64,000 bases of DNA, from NCBI RefSeq assembly GCF_009914755.1, contig NC_060935.1; one strand, given 5' to 3'. Below, in pieces: positions 52,170-64,000 of the stretch; position 1 is the stretch's first letter, and the number at the start of each line of letters is the position of its first letter. A program made the position numbers and the translations under genes. The notes under the pieces were generated by a model. That model did not search any database and had not been told where the DNA came from. It saw nothing but the letters and a program-made list of their open reading frames with translations. Origin of the DNA: the human T2T-CHM13v2.0 reference genome, Homo sapiens.

Positions 52170-52578
52170 ATACTAGTTTGATAGGGCTGCCACATATAAT
52201 AAAATATCATTAGATTGGGTGGCTTAACCAACAAACTTATTTTCTCACAGTTCTGGAGGCTAGAAGTCTGAGACTAGGGTGTCAGCAGGTCTGATGTCTT
52301 CTGACACCCCTCTCTTTGGCATGCAATTGGCCACACAGAGAACACAGAGAGAAGGTGTTCATTTGGTCTTTTCTCTGTGCATGCCTGGGTCTGATTTCTC
52401 TGTGTGTTTGTGTCCTAATCTCCTTTTCTGATAAAGGACACCAGTTATATTAGATTAGGGCCTGCCCTAATGACCCCATTTTAACTTAATTATCTCTTTA
52501 AAGAACCTATCTCTAAATAGTCACACTCTAAAGTACAGGGGGTTAGGACTTTAACATATGAATATCAGAGGAAACACA
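52170..52578 (-). mobile_element. MLT1 MaLR LTR
   Basis: ttctcacagttctggaggctagaagtc..ggattagggcc..acttt aacatatgaat motifs. Confidence 0.75.
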
Positions 52579-54443
52579 CTATATCCTCTATTCTTTATTT
52601 TTATCATAACTTTTGTTATCATAAATGGACCTATAATACACTCTATTACTAATTTTCTTTATCATGAATGGGTGTTGGATTTTGTCAAATGCTTTTTCAG
52701 TATTAACTGATTTTATCATACTGTTTTATTCTGTAGTCTGTTAATAAGGTGGATTATATTAATTGATATGGGAATATTGATCCAGCCTTGTATCCTGGGA
52801 TAAACCTTACTTATGTAATTCTTTTTATATATTCTGAATTCTTCACTTGTTAATATTTTGTTAAGGATTTTTGTATCTGTATTCATGGAGGATATTGGTT
52901 TGTAGTTTTTATTTTTTGTCCTGTCTTTTTCTGGTTTTGGCATCAGGATACTATACATTTCATTAAATGATTTGGGAAATGTTGCTCCCTTCTATTTTCT
53001 GGAATAAATTGTGTACAATCAGTGTTAACTCTTCTTTAAATGTTTGGTAGAATTCTCTAGTGAAACCATCTGGGCCTGGAAATCTGTTTTTTGGGGCATT
53101 TTAAAATTACACATTTTAAAAATAAAGGAAAATCTGACACCTGTTACAACAGGGATGCACCTATAAGACATTAGGCTAAGTGAAATAAGCCAGTCACAAG
53201 AGGACAAATACTACGAGTCCATTTATATGAGGTTCCTAGAGTAGTCAACTTCATAGAGACACAAATAAAATGGTGATCAGGGCCTGGTGGGGAGTAGGAT
53301 GAGGGGGTTCCCTGGGGAAGGCATTGGAGAGTTATCGTTTTATGGGTACAAAGTGCAGTTTGGGAAGATAGAAAAAGTTCTGGAGATAGACAGTGGTAAG
53401 GGTTGCACAACAATGTGAATGTACTTAATGCTACAGATCTATATACTTTAAAAGGGTTAAAAAGTTAAACTTTATGAATATTTTAACATAATAAAATGTT
53501 TACATTAAACATATGCAGAAAAATAAAATTACAGGTTCAGCTTCTTTAATAGTCATGCAGTTATTCACTTTTTTCTTTTTTCTTCCACTCTTGTTGAAGA
53601 CTTGCAGCTATTCAAATGATTGATTTTGGGTGAATTGTGGTAGTTTGTGTTTCTTGAGGCATTGGTTCATTTCATCTAAGTCATCAAAATTTATGTGTGT
53701 AGCATTGGTTACAATATTCCCTTGTTTTCCTCTTGATGTTGAGAGGGCTTGCAGTGATAATCTGTTTCATTCCTAATATTGGTAATGTGTTAGTCTTCTC
53801 TCTTTCTTTTTTGGTCAGCCTTGTTAGAAGTATCTCAAATTTTATTGATCTTTTTAAAAACCAGACTTTTGTTTGATTTTCTCCATTTTTCATTTTTCAG
53901 TTTCATTGATTTCTGTTCTTTATATTTTCTTCCTTTTGCTTGTTGTGGGTTTATTTTCATTTCTTTTTCAAGGTTCTTGAGATGGAAGCTTAAATTTTTA
54001 TTTCAGACTTTCCTATTTCCTAATGAGCATTTAGTGCTATAAATTTTCCTCTCAGCACTGCTTTAGCAGTGTCCCACAGCTTTTTATATGTTGTATTTCA
54101 TTTTTATTCAGTTCAATGTACTTTTTAAAATTTCTCTTGAGACTTCCTCTTTGACCCATGGATTATTTAGGTGTATGTTGTTTCACATTCAAGAGTTTGG
54201 AGATTTTCCTATTGTCATTCTTGATTTCTTGTTTGATTTCATTGTGGTCAGAGAACACACTCTGCATGATTTCATTTTTCTTAAATTTGTTGAGGTTTGT
54301 ATTATGGATCAGGTTATACCAAGGATATTTATGCCAAGGATATCTTGGCATATGTTCCATGTTTGTTTGAAAAGAATATGTATTCTGCTATTGTTTGATA
54401 AAATCTTCTACATATGTCAATTAGATCCTGTTGGTTGGTGGTT

Positions 54444-54790
54444 GTGTCAGTGTTCCCCATGACTACCCTCAGGTCTGATGATTCACTAGGACTCACAGAA
54501 CTCAGCAAAGCTGTTATACTCATAGTTAAGGTTTGTTACCTAAAGGTCAAACTGATACAGCATGGCCCAAGACCCCAGGCAAATAAAAATAGGTGTTTCC
54601 TATAAATCACATTAGTTGCATAAGCTATCTGGCATGGCCCAAAGTGTCGAGTATACAAAGACACTCTTATTGGGCAGGATTTTCTAAAGTCTCAGAAGTT
54701 ATCTCCCAGGAGCCAGTCAAGAGCCAGTCCTTTCTTTGAAATGTGCAGTGTTTGTGCCCCAAGTCCACCGACTTAGCTATTTAATGCTCA
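54444..54790. mobile_element. LTR fragment (MER21-like)
   Basis: tgattcactaggactcacagaactcagcaaagctgttatactcatagtt motif interrupting L1M. Confidence 0.5.
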
Positions 54791-55383
54791 ATGGTATTTT
54801 TTAGTTATTCTGTATCATTGTTGATTCTCTATCTAGTTGTTCTATCAGTTGATGACAGAAAAATACTGAAGTCTCCAAACATGATTTTGGACTTGACTAT
54901 TTCTCCTTCATTCTATCAGTTTTTGCTCCTCACATTTTGCAAGTCTATTTTGATGCACAGACATTTAGAACTGCTGTATCTTCTTGGCAGATTGGCCTTT
55001 TTGTCATTATGTAATGTTCCTCTCTGACTCTGATAATCTTCTTTGCTCTGAAGTCTAATTTATCTGATTAATATATCCATATTAGCATAGCATTGTTTTG
55101 ATTAATGTTTGTGTGGCATATCTTTTTTCATCCTTTTAGTTTCAACCTGATCATACTGTTATATTTGAAATGCATTTCCTTTAGACATTATATAGTTGAA
55201 TCAGTTTGAGTCATGTTTTTAATCCACTCTTCCAATTTCTTTTAATTGGTGTATTTAGATCATTTATATTAATACAATTATTAATATATAAGAACTTAAC
55301 TGCCATTTTATTTTTTGTTTTCTATTTGTTCTCTCTGGTTTTTTGCTTTTATATGCTTTTTCCTGCCTGTGAGTTACTTAAAC

Positions 55384-55634
<251 letters not shown>

Positions 55635-55792
55635 GTTAGTGTGTCTATAGTGCTTATGTTTCTCTTTGTATTGCTTTTTAGTGGCTGCTCTCAGTATTAC
55701 TTTATATATGCATACCCTATCAGAGTCTAATGTTAATCAGCATTTTACCAGTTCCAGTAAACTACAGAAAACTTACCTCCCTTTCATGTGTC

Positions 55793-56808
<1,016 letters not shown>

Positions 56809-57192
56809 TGATGTTCCATGATCCCTTTTTTCATCATTTCCTTTCTGTTTAGAGAACTTCCTTTAGCCATTTTTTAGGGTAGGTCTCCTGGAAATGTAGT
56901 CTCTTAGGTTTCCTTCACCTAAGAATGTCTTGATATTTATTTTGTTCCTAAAGGATATATTTACTATATATAAAATTCTAGGTTGACAATTATTTTTTTT
57001 CAGAATTTGAAAAATGTCATGCCACTTCCTCTGCCCTTCACATTTTTTTTAATGAAAAATCCTTTATCATTTGAATTGTTTTCCCCCATAGGTAAGATGT
57101 TGTTTGTCTCTCACTACTTCAAGATTTTCCTAAGTCTTTAGTTTTCAGAAGTTTGGCTATAGTTTGTCTTAATGTGAATTTCTTTGGGTCTA

Positions 57193-57561
<369 letters not shown>

Positions 57562-59079
57562 TTAGGGAATTGTTGAGTTTTTTGTTTTTATTTTTATTTT
57601 TTTAACAAATTTAGAAGTTTTTTGCCATTATTTTATGAAGTACTTTTCAGCCCTGCTCTCTTCCTCCTCTCCTTCTGGGGGACACCAATAACAAGACACT
57701 TAGATCTTTTGTTATAGTCCCACAGGTCCCTGAGCACCACCTCATTACTGCCAGGTACTCGTAGAAGTCTAGGTTCCTCTTTGGCCTCTGTTGGCAAGCC
57801 AGGGGGAGAAGAGGCTCTTGATTAACTGCTGGGCTGAGTTGGGAGCTCCCTCTCCCTACTAGGCCACTGCTTTGTCTGAGAGGGGAAGGATTGCTTTATT
57901 ATTTCTTACCATCTGGTTTCCACTGACACCCAAGTGGTGTGGCCATGGTATCTCTGGCCAGTGGTGAAAATTCTGACTCTGCAGTAGGTCTCTGACACTA
58001 TCCCACTAGGGAGGGAAAACAGTGTCTCATCATTGCCACGGGAAGATAGATATCCAAGCTCCTCACATGGTCTCTAAGGGAATAAGGAACTAATTACTGT
58101 GGGTGGGGATGAGAGTCCCAAGCCCTCACTACTTGGCCTTCTTAACCTGGCATGGGGTTGAAGCACCTTCTAATACCCTGATGAGCATGGAAGTCTAGGC
58201 TCCCCATTCAGCCTTTGTTGCATGAGTCGGAAATCTATTGCATGGCAGGGTGACTATAATGTATTATATATTTCAAAATAGCTAAGATAGCAAATTTCAA
58301 ATTTCTCACCACAAAAAAATAAGTGATGGGTATGTTAATTAGCTTGATTTAATCATTCCACATTGTATACATATGTCAAAACATCACATTGTTCTCCATA
58401 AATGTATATAATTATGATTTATCAATTTAAAATAATATTAATTTTTTAAAAAGAAAAGACATGGAACTCACCACTGTATCATTTCTCAGGTCCCAAAATC
58501 CCTAGTTAGTCTGCTTCTTCTCAACACCTTTCAGGGTCTTCTTATGTTTGTCTTATATATAATGCCCAGCAGTTTTAGTTTTACTTAGTGGAACGAATAT
58601 GAAAAAGTATATCCACTTCATCTTCCCAGAAGCCCAAGTCCCAGTTTATTCTGTTTTTAATGTAGACCCCTTAGGTAAATATAAAGAAGCATAAAATACA
58701 GTCCTTGACTTAAATCAAGTCTGATAGACAGGGTACCAATACTTTTAGAAACACAAATGACAGACCTTTAAAAAGCACTTAACAGTGGCAATCCTATGAA
58801 ATAAAAGCAACTTTCTTCCATCTGTCTTGCCACAACTTCTTTCCTATATGTCCATTTGTTGATCATTTCATTTAGCACTGGTCATTATTTCCTTATCTGT
58901 CTGCTCAACTAGACTGTGAGCTTCTTAAAGTCTTAGTTATCTTGGTAATCCCTGGATCCCAGGATAGTGCTTACCCATAAATGTTTTTAAAATCAAATTG
59001 AAACTCTTAAAACTTTTGTTACTTTTGTCTGATGAAACATCTGAAAATTCCTCCTGTAACAAAACACCTAGAAATTCTA

Positions 59080-59843
<764 letters not shown>

Positions 59844-59894
59844 GAAGGAGCTGCAAACTACAGTGACAAATGAGTACTTAGATCATGGTCAACT

Positions 59895-60204
59895 GGCCAG
59901 GCACAGTGGCTCACACAAGTAATCCTAATACTTTGGGAGACTACAGTGGGAGGACTGCTTGAGCCCAGGCATTCAAGACCAACCTGGCAAAGAAGTAAGA
60001 ACCCACTTCTACAAAAAAAATTAATAAATTAGGTAGGTGTGGTGGCACATACCTTTAGTCCCAGCTACTCAGCAGGCTGAGGCAGGAGGATTGATTGAGC
60101 CCAGGGAGCCAAGGCTGCAGTGAGTCATTATCACACCACTGCACTCCAGCCTGGGCAACAGAGTGAGACCCTGTCTCAATAAAAAGAAAGAGAGAGAGAG
60201 AGAG
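59895..60204 (+). mobile_element. Alu (J-like)
   Basis: Forward Alu with (GA)n tail. Confidence 0.9.
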
Positions 60205-60461
60205 ATTGTGGTAAACTTCAAGGCATTTGAAGATACCATGAAACCAGAGCCTTAGGTTTGAAGCCACAAAACAGAAGGCAAAGTTCTTGGTATGTTTCAG
60301 ACTGGCAATTGGAACTATTTCCTCATCACCATACACACACATATACAAATAAAGCCAGGACCATTAAAGAGGTATATTGTCAGTGAAGGGCTGGGCTAGA
60401 AAAAATTTGCCCTCCAATAGAAAGAACTGACAAGGCAACTTGTCTTTCAGCCTCAGTTTTA

Positions 60462-60703
<242 letters not shown>

Positions 60704-60719
60704 AATTTTTTTAAAAATT

Positions 60720-64000
<3,281 letters not shown>

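Overview
Primate (human or close ape) genomic DNA lying entirely inside the alkaline ceramidase 3 gene (ACER3, + strand). Five short coding exons (inferred exons 3-7, about codons 72-166) splice in frame to [95 protein letters not shown]; none appears in the ORF track because they are too short. The rest is intron, mostly transposable elements: about 37 Alus, a full-length but inactivated sense-strand L1PA (14177-20311) nested in a stack of ERV1 solo LTRs, a MER52-like LTR, MaLR LTRs, hAT-type MER DNA transposons and old L1M relics. Two structures in intron 3 are not explained by standard repeat classes. One is a 1.13-kb GC-rich retroposed copy of an unidentified polyadenylated transcript with a perfect 15-bp TSD (22901-24029). 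The other is a ~152-bp non-Alu inverted duplication (20948-21100 / 25099-25250) bracketing it. Gene identity, exon numbering and repeat subfamily names come from recall of known sequences, not database searches. Repeat boundaries without a cited TSD are approximate. I found no convincing new protein-coding system.
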